From positions 3,094,971 to 3,158,970 of the forward strand of contig OZ245872.1 in the NCBI GenBank assembly GCA_965229345.1: a stretch of 64,000 nucleotides of DNA. The letters run 5' to 3'. Origin of the DNA: Burkholderiaceae bacterium. GTDB taxonomy: Bacteria; Pseudomonadota; Gammaproteobacteria; Burkholderiales; Burkholderiaceae_C. Position numbers and translations under genes: made by a program. Positions 15,931 to 25,243 of this stretch are shown one piece after another; position 1 is the first letter of the stretch, and every line of letters starts with the position of its first letter. The notes under the pieces are model-generated. The model searched no databases. It was not told where the DNA came from and saw only the letters and a program-made list of their open reading frames with translations.

Positions 15931-18929
15931 TCTCGATGGCCTTCAACGAATCGAACACCGTAGAAGCCTACGTCCGCGATCTGCTCGCAGGACCCATCAA
16001 GACGACACCACTCAACGCGGTACACGAACCCCTGCCCAGCTACGGTCCTAGCCCCAAAGGCATCGGCTGGCGCTATGCAGCCCCCGCCGAGGTGCCGCGC
16101 CAGATCCAGGAAGTGCTGGTCGAGCCCTGGATGCGCGATGCGCTAATCCGCCTGAACCCGGAGATCGCCGCCCAGCCCGACCGCGCCGACGAGGTGCTCT
16201 ACAAGCTGCGCGCCATCGTGTTGTCGGTGCGCTCGGATGGCCTGATCCGCGCCAACGAGGAGATGACCGCCTGGATGCGTGGCGAGCGCTCCTTGCCCTT
16301 CGGCTCGAACAACGAGCATGTGCCGGTTCGGCTGATCGACCTGGACGACCCGAAGCAGAACCAGTACATCGTCACCCAGCAGTTCATTTACCGCGCAGGG
16401 CCCACGGAGCGCCGGGCCGATCTGGTGCTGCTGGTCAACGGTCTTCCGCTGGTCCTGATCGAGGCCAAGACACCGGTCAAGAAGTGCATCAGCTGGGTCG
16501 ACGGTGCGGTGCAGGTACACGACGACTACGAGAAGTTCGTTCCGGAACTCTTCGTCTGCAACGTGTTCTCGGTGGCCACCGAAGGCAAGGCCTACCACTA
16601 CGGGTCGATCGGCCTGCCGGTCAGGGACTGGGGCCCTTGGCACCTGGACGGAGGCGATGCGCAGCACCACCCGCTGAAGTCTCTCAAGCTCTCGGCCGAG
16701 AGCATGCTGCGCCCGCATGTGGTGCTGGACATCCTCGGCAGCTTCACCCTGTTCGCCACGGACAAGAAGAAGCGCCGCATCAAGATCATCTGCCGCTATC
16801 AGCAATACGAGGCGGCGAACAAGATCGTCGAGCGCGTGTTGGCGGGCCACCCGAGGAAGGGGCTGATCTGGCACTTCCAGGGCTCGGGCAAGTCGCTGCT
16901 GATGGTGTTCGCCGCGCAGAAGCTGCGCATGCATGCCGGCCTGAAGAACCCCACCGTGCTGATCGTGGTGGACCGGATCGATCTGGACAGCCAGATCACC
17001 GGCACCTTCACCGGGGCGGACATTCCGAACCTGGAGAAGGCCGACAGCCGAGAGAAGCTGCAGCTGTTGCTGGCGCACGACGTGCGCAAGATCATCATCA
17101 CGACGATCTTCAAGTTCGGCGAGGCCAGCGGGGCGCTGAACACGCGCAGCAACATCATTGCGCTGGTGGACGAGGCCCATCGCACGCAGGAAGGCGACCT
17201 GGGCCGCAAGATGCGCGAGGCCTTGCCGAACGCGTTTCTGTTCGGTCTGACGGGCACGCCGATCAACCGCGCCGACCGCAACACCTTCTACGCATTCGGT
17301 GCCGACGAGGACATCGCCAGCGGCAAGGGCTATATGAGCCGCTATGGCTTCGAGGAGTCGATCCGCGACGGTGCCACGCTGAAGCTGCACTTCGAACCAC
17401 GGCTGATCGACCTGCACATCGACAAGGGCGCGCTGGACGCCGCCTACAAGGACCTGACAGGTGGCCTGTCGGATCTCGATAAGGACACCCTGGCCAAGAC
17501 CGCCGCCAAGATGGCGGTCTTGGTCAAGACGCCCGAACGCGTTCGAAAGGTGTGCGAGGACATCGTCGAACATTTCCAGACCAAGGTGGAACCGAACGGC
17601 TTCAAGGGCCAGATCGTCACGTTCGACCGGGAGTCCTGCCTGCTGTTCAAGGCCGAGCTGGACAAGCTGCTGCCGCCCGAGGCCAGCGATATCGTGATCT
17701 CGGTGCAGGTCGCGGACAAGAAGGAACACCCGGAGTACGCGAAGTACGACCGCAGCCGTGACGACGAAGAGAGGCTACTGGACCGCTTTCGGGATCCGGC
17801 CGATCCGCTGAAGCTGATCATCGTCACGGCCAAGCTGCTGACAGGCTTCGACGCGCCCATCCTGCAGGCGATGTACCTGGACAAGCCGCTGCGGGACCAC
17901 ACGCTGCTGCAGGCCATCTGTCGCGTGAACCGCACCTACTCCGAGCAGAAGACTCACGGTTTGATCGTGGACTACCTCGGCATCTTCGACGATGTAGCGG
18001 CAGCACTGGAGTTCGATGATCAGAGCGTCAAGCAGGTGGTCAGCAACATCCAAGAATTGAAGGACAAGCTGCCTGAAGCCATGCAGAAGTGCCTGGCCTT
18101 CTTTGCCGGCTGTGACCGCACGCTGCAGGGCTACGAGGGGTTGATCGCCGCGCAGCAGTGCCTCCCGAACAACGAAGTGCGAGACAACTTTGCGGCCGAG
18201 TACAGCGTGCTCAACAAGATCTGGGAGGCGCTGTCACCAGACACAGTGCTGGGCCCCTTCGAGAAGGACTACAAGTGGCTGTCGCAGGTGTACCAGTCGG
18301 TGCAGCCGTCCAGCGGCCACGGAAAGCTGGTCTGGCACTCGCTCGGCGCCAAGACGATCGAGCTTATCCACAAGAACGTGCATGTCGATGCTGTTCGGGA
18401 CGATCTGGACACGCTGGTGATGGATGCGGATCTGCTGGAGGCAGTGCTCTCGAACCCCGACCCGAAGAAAGCCAAGGAGATCGAGATCAAGCTCAAGCGC
18501 CGGCTGCGCGGACACGAGGGCAATCCCAAGTTCAAGCAATTGTCAGAACGACTGGATGCGCTGAAGGACCGCTTCGACTCAGGCCAAATCAATAGCGTCG
18601 AATTCCTGAAGCAGCTGCTTCAGATCGCTAAGGAAACACTGCAGGCCGAGAAGGACGAGCCACCGCAAGAGGACGAGGATCGAGGCAAGGCCGCGCTGAC
18701 CGAGCTGTTGAACGAAGTCAAGACCGAGGCGACGCCAATCATGGTCGCGCGCGTGGTCACCGACATCGACGAGATCGTGCGGCTGGTGCGCTTTCCGGGT
18801 TGGCAGGGAACCCAGGCTGGAGAGCGTGAGGTCAAGAAGGCGTTGCGGAAGGCGCTGTTCAAGTACCAGCTGCATGCGGATGAAGAGCTGTTTGAGAAGG
18901 CCTTTAACTACATACGGCAGTACTACTAA
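15927..18929 (+). CDS. hsdR: type I restriction endonuclease subunit HsdR (SF2 helicase/translocase)
   Basis: Nuclease region DLVLLVNGLPLVLIEAK, Walker A FQGSGKSLLM, DEAH box VDEAHRTQ, motif III GLTGTPI and motif VI QAICRVNR. The start overlaps the hsdS stop. Confidence 0.9.
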   Translation: MISMAFNESNTVEAYVRDLLAGPIKTTPLNAVHEPLPSYGPSPKGIGWRYAAPAEVPRQIQEVLVEPWMRDALIRLNPEIAAQPDRADEVLYKLRAIVLSVRSDGLIRANEEMTAWMRGERSLPFGSNNEHVPVRLIDLDDPKQNQYIVTQQFIYRAGPTERRADLVLLVNGLPLVLIEAKTPVKKCISWVDGAVQVHDDYEKFVPELFVCNVFSVATEGKAYHYGSIGLPVRDWGPWHLDGGDAQHHPLKSLKLSAESMLRPHVVLDILGSFTLFATDKKKRRIKIICRYQQYEAANKIVERVLAGHPRKGLIWHFQGSGKSLLMVFAAQKLRMHAGLKNPTVLIVVDRIDLDSQITGTFTGADIPNLEKADSREKLQLLLAHDVRKIIITTIFKFGEASGALNTRSNIIALVDEAHRTQEGDLGRKMREALPNAFLFGLTGTPINRADRNTFYAFGADEDIASGKGYMSRYGFEESIRDGATLKLHFEPRLIDLHIDKGALDAAYKDLTGGLSDLDKDTLAKTAAKMAVLVKTPERVRKVCEDIVEHFQTKVEPNGFKGQIVTFDRESCLLFKAELDKLLPPEASDIVISVQVADKKEHPEYAKYDRSRDDEERLLDRFRDPADPLKLIIVTAKLLTGFDAPILQAMYLDKPLRDHTLLQAICRVNRTYSEQKTHGLIVDYLGIFDDVAAALEFDDQSVKQVVSNIQELKDKLPEAMQKCLAFFAGCDRTLQGYEGLIAAQQCLPNNEVRDNFAAEYSVLNKIWEALSPDTVLGPFEKDYKWLSQVYQSVQPSSGHGKLVWHSLGAKTIELIHKNVHVDAVRDDLDTLVMDADLLEAVLSNPDPKKAKEIEIKLKRRLRGHEGNPKFKQLSERLDALKDRFDSGQINSVEFLKQLLQIAKETLQAEKDEPPQEDEDRGKAALTELLNEVKTEATPIMVARVVTDIDEIVRLVRFPGWQGTQAGEREVKKALRKALFKYQLHADEELFEKAFNYIRQYY

Positions 18930-18946
18930 AACAACGAGGACAACTC

Positions 18947-20518
18947 ATGCAGTTCACTTTTCGAGTTCTCCAAGTTAGAGAGCGGCTTCGCCCGAAGCTG
19001 CCTGGGCAGGTCTTCCTTTGTTCAGGTGATTGGGATGACTATTCTTTCAAGACCTCATTTGACGTCGTGCTGATCAATGCAGAGGGGAAAGAAGTAGATC
19101 TTGGTACTGTCAAGATTGGGTATGAAGGACAGCCTAATGGATGGACGCGCGAGAAATTGCCAGAGTTGTTCGAATCGCTCCCAGCTGAGTTTTTTTCACT
19201 CGGCCAAGACGTCGAGTATTACAAGAGCGCGTATGACGCCCTTGACACCGAAACTCGCGACTCAGTCCTGGGGGCATTACGCGATGTCGTATATGACGCG
19301 GCCATTCTCGCTGCCGTGGCCGACGAAAAGGTGTTCAAGCTATCTCTGACTCGAGGTGTAAGCCTTTCGACAGTGCGAGATCAGTTCAAACGGGTTCTGG
19401 GTGGTCAACCAGAGCTAACGGATTTCGACTTTCTTTATAGCCAAGAGCCAGGGAAAAAGAGCGCCCCAGTGGAGCTCAGTTTTCGTGTCACCGCCGGATC
19501 GTCGCCATCGACCAACGTGCACGTTCTCATCGGAAGAAATGGCGTCGGGAAGACAACTCTCCTCAACAACATGATCCGTACGTTGATGGGTCACGCAAAT
19601 GAATCTGGAGAACCTCATCGAGCCTTTCTCGGCGAGGAGGTTCTCCTGGACAGGCCCCTGCTATCTCATACTTACTTTAGCAGCGTTATATCCGTTTCAT
19701 TCAGCGCGTTTGACCCGTTCATTCCCCCCGAGGATCGCATGGATCGAACCAGTGGCCCGGCGTTTTACTACATCGGAATGAAGAAGAATCGCGCCAACAT
19801 TGTTGACGGATTAATCGCGCCACCTAAGACGAGTGACGACCTGGTAAGCGACTTCGTTGCCAGCTTCAAATCATGTTTAAGCCAACCTGCGAAACGAGAC
19901 CGGTGGATTCGAGCGATCCGACGACTTGAGTCCGACCTTAACTTTGCGGACATGAATTTGGCGGGGCTACTTGAACTTGAGGACCATGAGTCAGTTCACC
20001 AGGCGGCGAAACTAGCCTCGCGAATGAGCTCAGGTCATTCTATTGTTCTTCTCACAATAACAAAGCTCGTCGATACCGTTGAGGAGAAGGCTTTAGTGCT
20101 TATGGACGAGCCTGAGAGTCATCTCCACCCACCGCTATTATCCGCATTTACCCGCGCGCTTTCGGAGCTTCTACATGACCGAAACGGAGTCGCCGTCGTC
20201 GCAACCCATTCTCCGGTGGTACTTCAGGAAGTACCAAAATCTTGTGTTTGGAAGCTGACTCGAATTGGATCTCAAGGTAGATCCGACCGGCCGGAAAGAG
20301 AAACTTTTGGAGAAAACGTTGGCGTTCTTACACGCGAGGTATTTGGGTTGGAGGTATCCAAGTCAGGCTTCCACGAATTGCTTGAGCGATCAGTCGATCA
20401 GGGGGCGACGTTTGACCAAGTCATGCAAAGCTATGGCGGTCAACTCGGCACGGAAGCTCAGGCAATCTTGATTACTCTCATCGCCGCACGAGATTTATCA
20501 ATCAAGTCGCAGCAATGA
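18947..20518 (+). CDS. ABC/AAA_21-type ATPase, Septu PtuA-like, with ~195-aa N-terminal extension
   Basis: Walker A GRNGVGKTT at residues 196-204, signature-like MSSGHS, Walker B LVLMDEPESHLHP and H-loop VATHSP. Starts 17 nt after the hsdR stop. Visibly low G+C. Confidence 0.7.
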   Translation: MQFTFRVLQVRERLRPKLPGQVFLCSGDWDDYSFKTSFDVVLINAEGKEVDLGTVKIGYEGQPNGWTREKLPELFESLPAEFFSLGQDVEYYKSAYDALDTETRDSVLGALRDVVYDAAILAAVADEKVFKLSLTRGVSLSTVRDQFKRVLGGQPELTDFDFLYSQEPGKKSAPVELSFRVTAGSSPSTNVHVLIGRNGVGKTTLLNNMIRTLMGHANESGEPHRAFLGEEVLLDRPLLSHTYFSSVISVSFSAFDPFIPPEDRMDRTSGPAFYYIGMKKNRANIVDGLIAPPKTSDDLVSDFVASFKSCLSQPAKRDRWIRAIRRLESDLNFADMNLAGLLELEDHESVHQAAKLASRMSSGHSIVLLTITKLVDTVEEKALVLMDEPESHLHPPLLSAFTRALSELLHDRNGVAVVATHSPVVLQEVPKSCVWKLTRIGSQGRSDRPERETFGENVGVLTREVFGLEVSKSGFHELLERSVDQGATFDQVMQSYGGQLGTEAQAILITLIAARDLSIKSQQ

Positions 20519-21378
20519 AGAGGCTTAAAGTTCCGGCCTTCGACGACTCGGAGATTTACTTTGCCTGTGCTGCCGCTATACCGGGGGTTCAAGCAGCTGC
20601 GGCCTACACGGCAGCCTCAAGTGCAATGATGTTGCAATCCATCGAGTATCGCGTCCGAGCAGCCAGCAATGCTCTCCATACTTTTCAAGCAAGCGACAGT
20701 GGTAATGACCAGCAAGTTGTCGCAGGGGGTCTTACGAAAGGCGACCTCAAGAAGCTGTACGACCGGGGGATGCTGAAGGGTGCAGACGGGCGCACCTATT
20801 ACGATAAATTGCTCGCGTCTGCGCCGTTGGGGAAGTGTCCGTATTGCCAGTTTGGACATGCAGAGACGCTGGATCACTTCCTATCTAAGGCTCGATATCC
20901 GTCATTTGCAGTGCTACCAAGCAATCTGATTCCTTCGTGTATGCGATGCAACAAGGGCAAGGGGGGTGGGGTCGTTACCCCTGAGATGGAGATGTCGCAT
21001 CCGTACTTCGAGCTTACGCACATCGAGCAGGACGTCTGGCTTTCTGCAGAAGTCGCAGAGACGAGCCCCGTTACGGCAACGTATGCGATCACGACGCCTT
21101 CGCATTGGCCGATAGATCTTGCTCGTAGAGTCAAAAATTACTTTGACGAGTTCGACCTATCAGTCCGGTATGCCGTCGAGGCTGCGAGTGAATTGGTTTC
21201 GGTCTCCGCTTATCTGGGTGCGTTACCCTCCGCCGACGTGCGCCTTGATCATCTCCAACGGGTCGCCACAGAGGAGCGTGGTCTGTACAAGAACGGCTGG
21301 AAGACAGCGCTGTATGCGGCGCTGTCGACATCGAACTGGTACTGCGAGATTGGTTACGCTGGCGTTGGGGTGACTTAG
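20515..21378 (+). CDS. HNH endonuclease, Septu PtuB-like (TIGR02646-like)
   Basis: CPYCQFGHAETLDHFLSKARYPSFAVLPSNLIPSCMRCNKGKG is a CxxC...H...N...CxxC HNH fold. The ATG overlaps the ATPase stop (ATGA at 20515-20518). Confidence 0.7.
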   Translation: MKRLKVPAFDDSEIYFACAAAIPGVQAAAAYTAASSAMMLQSIEYRVRAASNALHTFQASDSGNDQQVVAGGLTKGDLKKLYDRGMLKGADGRTYYDKLLASAPLGKCPYCQFGHAETLDHFLSKARYPSFAVLPSNLIPSCMRCNKGKGGGVVTPEMEMSHPYFELTHIEQDVWLSAEVAETSPVTATYAITTPSHWPIDLARRVKNYFDEFDLSVRYAVEAASELVSVSAYLGALPSADVRLDHLQRVATEERGLYKNGWKTALYAALSTSNWYCEIGYAGVGVT

Positions 21379-21577
21379 ACAGCGCCTAGCCTCCGAAGTC
21401 CCCGCCACACTGGTCAAATTGCGCGCGCTCCCCCTCGATCGAGGTAGGGGCTCCGCCGCGTTTTCGTTCTCCCGAAAGGGGAACGAGTTCGAACGGCTAA
21501 TCGTCGCTTCGATCTACTTCCCCAACTAGCCTCCCTGCGCGTAGGCGAGTGCCGGTGGGAACAGCTCCAGCTCCTTT

Positions 21578-22135
21578 CTATGGTCCCAAAAGATCCTTGA
21601 GCAGAGCTATGTCTTCCTTGGGCACGCCCATCCGCGAGTGCTTGAGAGCTGAGATAACGAGGTCTCGAATACTCTGAACGGCCCAGGCCTGTCGATATCC
21701 ACTGGTCAGCATGAGCTGCAGAGTACTGGCGACGGATACGGTCGCCCCGCCTTCGCTGGCTCTACGACGAGCCTTGCGCTCGTCGAGGATGATGCTGGAG
21801 CCACGACCGGAGATTGCGAGTGCTGCGCTCTCGCCGTCATCCAGCCGTGTTCCGAGCGGCCCTGATACGAAGTTCAGGTAAGCGTCGTACTCGATCTCTG
21901 TCATGCGAACTTCTTCCAGTGTGCCGCTCGCGAACAGCCTGCACAGCGCATCGTTGTGGTCGAAGCCGGGAATAGGGTGCCGTCGAACTTCCTTTAGGGT
22001 TCGCTGCTCAATTAAGCACCGCTCTCCAAGGCCTTCAAGGACCAGCACTGGCTTGCCGCTTCCAAGTAGGTTGATAAGTACGCTGGCGTCAAGAACGACT
22101 AGGCCCCTCGGCAGGTAATCATTCGGCAAGGTCAA
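21578..22135 (-). CDS. PIN-like nuclease (COG2405/DUF3368-like), last gene of the QueC-like operon
   Basis: VVLDASVLINLL is the first acidic PIN motif, and GESAALAISGRGSSIILDERKARRRA resembles the GEaxaIxLA...DDxxAR motif of COG2405 PIN proteins. The tracked ORF extends to 22186. A TTG at 22135 preceded by GGGGAGG is the more likely start. Overlaps the upstream gene end. Confidence 0.55.
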   Translation of the reverse strand: MTLPNDYLPRGLVVLDASVLINLLGSGKPVLVLEGLGERCLIEQRTLKEVRRHPIPGFDHNDALCRLFASGTLEEVRMTEIEYDAYLNFVSGPLGTRLDDGESAALAISGRGSSIILDERKARRRASEGGATVSVASTLQLMLTSGYRQAWAVQSIRDLVISALKHSRMGVPKEDIALLKDLLGP

Positions 22136-23282
22136 GCACCACCTCCCCTGAGTGGCCGTCGCGCTCCTGAAACGCGCGCCGAACATCCAGCAGGTTCAGC
22201 TCGAGCATCGACGCAATCTGCTGCTCAGAGAGAAGTTCTCGGTCGTACGCAACGCCAGCGAAGAGAAGTGAGCGCGACGTGAACGGCCGATTCTCTTCAG
22301 GCACGCTCATCTCCTCGGCTACATGGCGGCGATGCTTTAGGCCGACGCCTTGTTTTCGTAAGGAGTCGTAGGTGCCCAGAGGCAGCATATCCAAAGACTC
22401 GAGGCGACGAGTCATCGCCTCGATGGAGATATTGAAGAACAACGCCATCATCAGCAATTGCCTAACTGAAAACTGGTCAAACAGCTCCTTGAGTTCCTTG
22501 GCCTTTCGGCGCACCGCAGTCGCCGGGGCAAGGAATGCGAGGCCAAACAGGTCACAGAACCGCTCAGTTCGGCTCTGAGGAGTCTCACCGTCAAAATGAA
22601 CAACCAGACTGGCCTGCCGAGTCAGTGCATGACCGACCTCGTGAGCTCCCGTGACGCGTCGCCTGTACGGTGGGTGCAGCGAATTCAACAGCACAAAGCC
22701 ACCGACCTTTTCATCGAAGGCGACAGCACCTGATATCTTGGATGGCAGCGGGCGCTCGAAGACTCGCAAGCCCATCTCAAACTCCATTAATGAAGCGAGG
22801 TCCTGGATAGGCCCCAGGCCGAGGCCCAGGCGCGAGCGCAACTGAAGTGCAGCATCTTCAGCCTGCCGGTCTAACGAGCCTGATTTCGACACCACGACCG
22901 CTGGGAGGTCGACATGTGGCGGCGCATGCCCAAGTAGCGCTTCCAGTTGAAGCGCTGAGCTGCCGAGCCGGTTGAGCATGTTCGCCACCAATACTTCGTC
23001 GGCGGCTTGCAAGGCCGACGCAGAACTCCGGAACTGCACCTCGAGTTCCAGAGATACAAGGTCGTCATTGACCAATTCGCTTTCGGGAACGTCGTAGAGC
23101 TCCGCGAACTGGCGCAGTTCCTGGCTAGAGACAGCACGCTTGCCAGCCTCAATGGCGACAAGCGTCGTCCGGGCAATGCCCAGCTTTGAAGCGGCAACCT
23201 CTTGGGTAATACGGTGAATCGTACGGGCATGCCGGAGCTTTGCCCCGAGCGCCTCTGCTCGGGTGTTGGCGTCGGTTGCCAT
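22119..23282 (-). CDS. XRE-family HTH fused to ImmA/IrrE (M78, COG2856) zinc metallopeptidase
   Basis: N-terminal HTH LRHARTIHRITQEVAASKLGIARTTLVAIEAGKR and a HExxH motif in VTGAHEVGHAL. Start taken at the ATG at 23282 (MATDANTRAE), 1 nt after the upstream stop. Confidence 0.8.
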   Translation of the reverse strand: MATDANTRAEALGAKLRHARTIHRITQEVAASKLGIARTTLVAIEAGKRAVSSQELRQFAELYDVPESELVNDDLVSLELEVQFRSSASALQAADEVLVANMLNRLGSSALQLEALLGHAPPHVDLPAVVVSKSGSLDRQAEDAALQLRSRLGLGLGPIQDLASLMEFEMGLRVFERPLPSKISGAVAFDEKVGGFVLLNSLHPPYRRRVTGAHEVGHALTRQASLVVHFDGETPQSRTERFCDLFGLAFLAPATAVRRKAKELKELFDQFSVRQLLMMALFFNISIEAMTRRLESLDMLPLGTYDSLRKQGVGLKHRRHVAEEMSVPEENRPFTSRSLLFAGVAYDRELLSEQQIASMLELNLLDVRRAFQERDGHSGEVVLDLAE

Positions 23283-23283
23283 C

Positions 23284-24678
23284 TCAGTTCCCTGCGAAGT
23301 CGGCCACCCAGGACTTCCGTCCGCAGGACTCCACAAACACATCCCATTCTTTCCGATGCTGGATTAGAAATGCTTCCATCTTGTCTCTCACGTTTTTGAT
23401 TGGTTCGTTGAGGCCGCGCGTGAGGGCAGCGACTTCTGCCTGCACACGCACGGCATGAGGTTGAGTTGCAAGGTCGGCTAGCCGCTGCATTGACCGAATG
23501 CTGTTGAGCGCGAGATCCCGGTTCGCGTTAACTGCGTGCGGTACGCCCGCAGGGAACGACTTTTCAAAGGTCGTTTCGCGGAGGTTTTGCGCTCGATATT
23601 CGGTTGAGTCGGCCACGCCGGCCCATTGCAGCGACACGCGTCTGAGGATGCAGTTCCCGCAGAGGCCGCAGTGCATCGACTTCCTGCCGCTGCTCGAGTG
23701 TCTCGCGTCGTACGAGCAGGATCGGTGGGTGGCGAGCCAGTGCGCGACGTTGGTCTCCCGCTTCGCCAAGCTAGCCAGCACCTGCCCCTTCGTAAGGAAG
23801 AGAGCGGGGTGGTCAAACTTGACTTCGGACTTCGTCAGCAGACGAATCAGATTCGCCAGACGTGACGTGAAGCCAGGATGGCAGCTGCGGTGTGGCGCCT
23901 CGGCGCCGAGCCGAACCAGCGAGCCACCGAGGCTGCCTTGGCCGTTCTCGGGAATCACGACACGCGCCGGTTGCGCGATGGCGGCAGCGTATCCCGCGAG
24001 CAGGTCATACAGGAAAGGCCGAGAGCGGAAGGTCAACTCAGCTCGATGGGGCTCGGTCGCATATGCCGCTACCTCAACCGTGTAGAACTCGAGCTGCTTG
24101 TTTCGGGCAAGGTTGCTCCACTCCTTTGGTTTGTCCTTGGCCCGCACGTTGACCAGTACCAATTCGGGTGGCGCTGATTCCGCTCGAAGTTCTTTGGCAA
24201 TGGCGAAGGAATCGAGGCCGTTGCTGAATGGCATGAACACCCTGAGCTGCTGAGGCGGCTCGACTAGATGGTCCTGGCGAGGCTCGCCTTTCCGGGGCTT
24301 TCGGTAGGTGAAAGCGAAGGACCAGCGGTCTGCCGTCAGGAAGCCCAGCGTTTCCGCGAGCGCGCGAGTCACCTCAGGGGAGCGCCAAAGCTTGAGGTCG
24401 CTCACTGGCGCGCTGATGGCGAGGTCGCGTGACCATCCCTTCGTGTAGTGCCGGACCGCGGAGCGGTCGGCCGTCCGCACGGCGCTGATGACTGACGTAA
24501 GATCCTGAAATACTTCCTCCTGGCTGTTGAAGCAGTAGCGCTGAAGATGGCTCGCGTCGATGCGAGTCGCGTCTCTCAGTGGTGCCGAAGCCTGGCCCTT
24601 CTGATTGCCTCGCCTCCGATGCGGGAGAGGACGAGCGGACTCTTCGGCATCGCTAGGAGTGGTTTGCAGCATCGTCAT
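23284..24678 (-). CDS. QueC-like PP-loop ATPase family protein with N- and C-terminal extensions (QatC/Cap9-like?)
   Basis: Degenerate PP-loop FMPFSNGLDS (residues 149-157) and a Cys cluster C321...C337GLC340GNC343ILRR resembling the QueC zinc site (CGxCxxCxxR). 464 aa. The ATG overlaps the upstream gene stop (ATGA at 24675-24678). Confidence 0.6.
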   Translation of the reverse strand: MTMLQTTPSDAEESARPLPHRRRGNQKGQASAPLRDATRIDASHLQRYCFNSQEEVFQDLTSVISAVRTADRSAVRHYTKGWSRDLAISAPVSDLKLWRSPEVTRALAETLGFLTADRWSFAFTYRKPRKGEPRQDHLVEPPQQLRVFMPFSNGLDSFAIAKELRAESAPPELVLVNVRAKDKPKEWSNLARNKQLEFYTVEVAAYATEPHRAELTFRSRPFLYDLLAGYAAAIAQPARVVIPENGQGSLGGSLVRLGAEAPHRSCHPGFTSRLANLIRLLTKSEVKFDHPALFLTKGQVLASLAKRETNVAHWLATHRSCSYDARHSSSGRKSMHCGLCGNCILRRVSLQWAGVADSTEYRAQNLRETTFEKSFPAGVPHAVNANRDLALNSIRSMQRLADLATQPHAVRVQAEVAALTRGLNEPIKNVRDKMEAFLIQHRKEWDVFVESCGRKSWVADFAGN

Positions 24679-25229
24679 ACCCCCTGCAAGTTCAGTTCGG
24701 TATTTAGGCTCTGCTCGACGGTCGGTTTGCGCATTCGGACCTTAGGCACAGGTGGATGTCGGAACTCGCACTTGGGCAAGGCCGCAAGTAAAGCGGCCCG
24801 GAGTCGCCGAACCTGGGTGTCGTGGTGACGGCGGGCGACCCACGCAACCGCACCTTCGATGCCGTCTTCGGCGCTAGCCTCAATTGCTGCTTTGACGACT
24901 CGGCCCCGCGTGTCACCGGCTGGCCGACCACTCCAAATCTCGGCGAAGGCGATGTCAAGGGCCCGACGCGCATCTTGGGACGGGCACCAAGCCTCGAGCG
25001 CCGACAACCTTTGTTCCATCTGCCCGGTTCCGAAGAGTTCGACTTGCTGAGTTGCTAGAACCTGCAGAAACTCCCTGCCCCAGGCTCCCTTCATCCAATC
25101 TGCCCTTTCCCAAGCGGCCCGGCTAAGAGTGTCAACAAGGTCACCGCCCAAGCTAGGCGCGCACGCAACCTGGACCACTTTCCGCCAGGGATTCGTCTGA
25201 GGAACCGAATGATGAAGGTCGTCGCGCAC
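24675..25229 (-). CDS. hypothetical protein, first gene of the QueC-like operon
   Basis: The tracked ORF reaches 25301, but its first 24 codons translate the operator/promoter region. A GTG at 25229 sits 7 nt after AGGAGGAG. No recognisable domain. Confidence 0.5.
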   Translation of the reverse strand: MRDDLHHSVPQTNPWRKVVQVACAPSLGGDLVDTLSRAAWERADWMKGAWGREFLQVLATQQVELFGTGQMEQRLSALEAWCPSQDARRALDIAFAEIWSGRPAGDTRGRVVKAAIEASAEDGIEGAVAWVARRHHDTQVRRLRAALLAALPKCEFRHPPVPKVRMRKPTVEQSLNTELNLQGV

Positions 25230-25243
25230 GGAACCGCTCCTCC

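Noticed and set aside
13404-17729. Long minus-strand ORFs (13404..14819, 471 aa; 16143..17729, 528 aa) inside the R-M operon
   Set aside because: They are antisense to hsdM2 and hsdR, which carry clear catalytic motifs. Their composition is biased and no motifs are present.
21379-21577. Hairpins (CCCCT...AGGGG around a CGATCG core; CGTTCTCCC-GAAA-GGGGAACG) between the convergent Septu-like and PIN genes as canonical terminators
   Set aside because: The stems exist, but neither is followed by a T-run on the appropriate strand. They are not reported as terminators.
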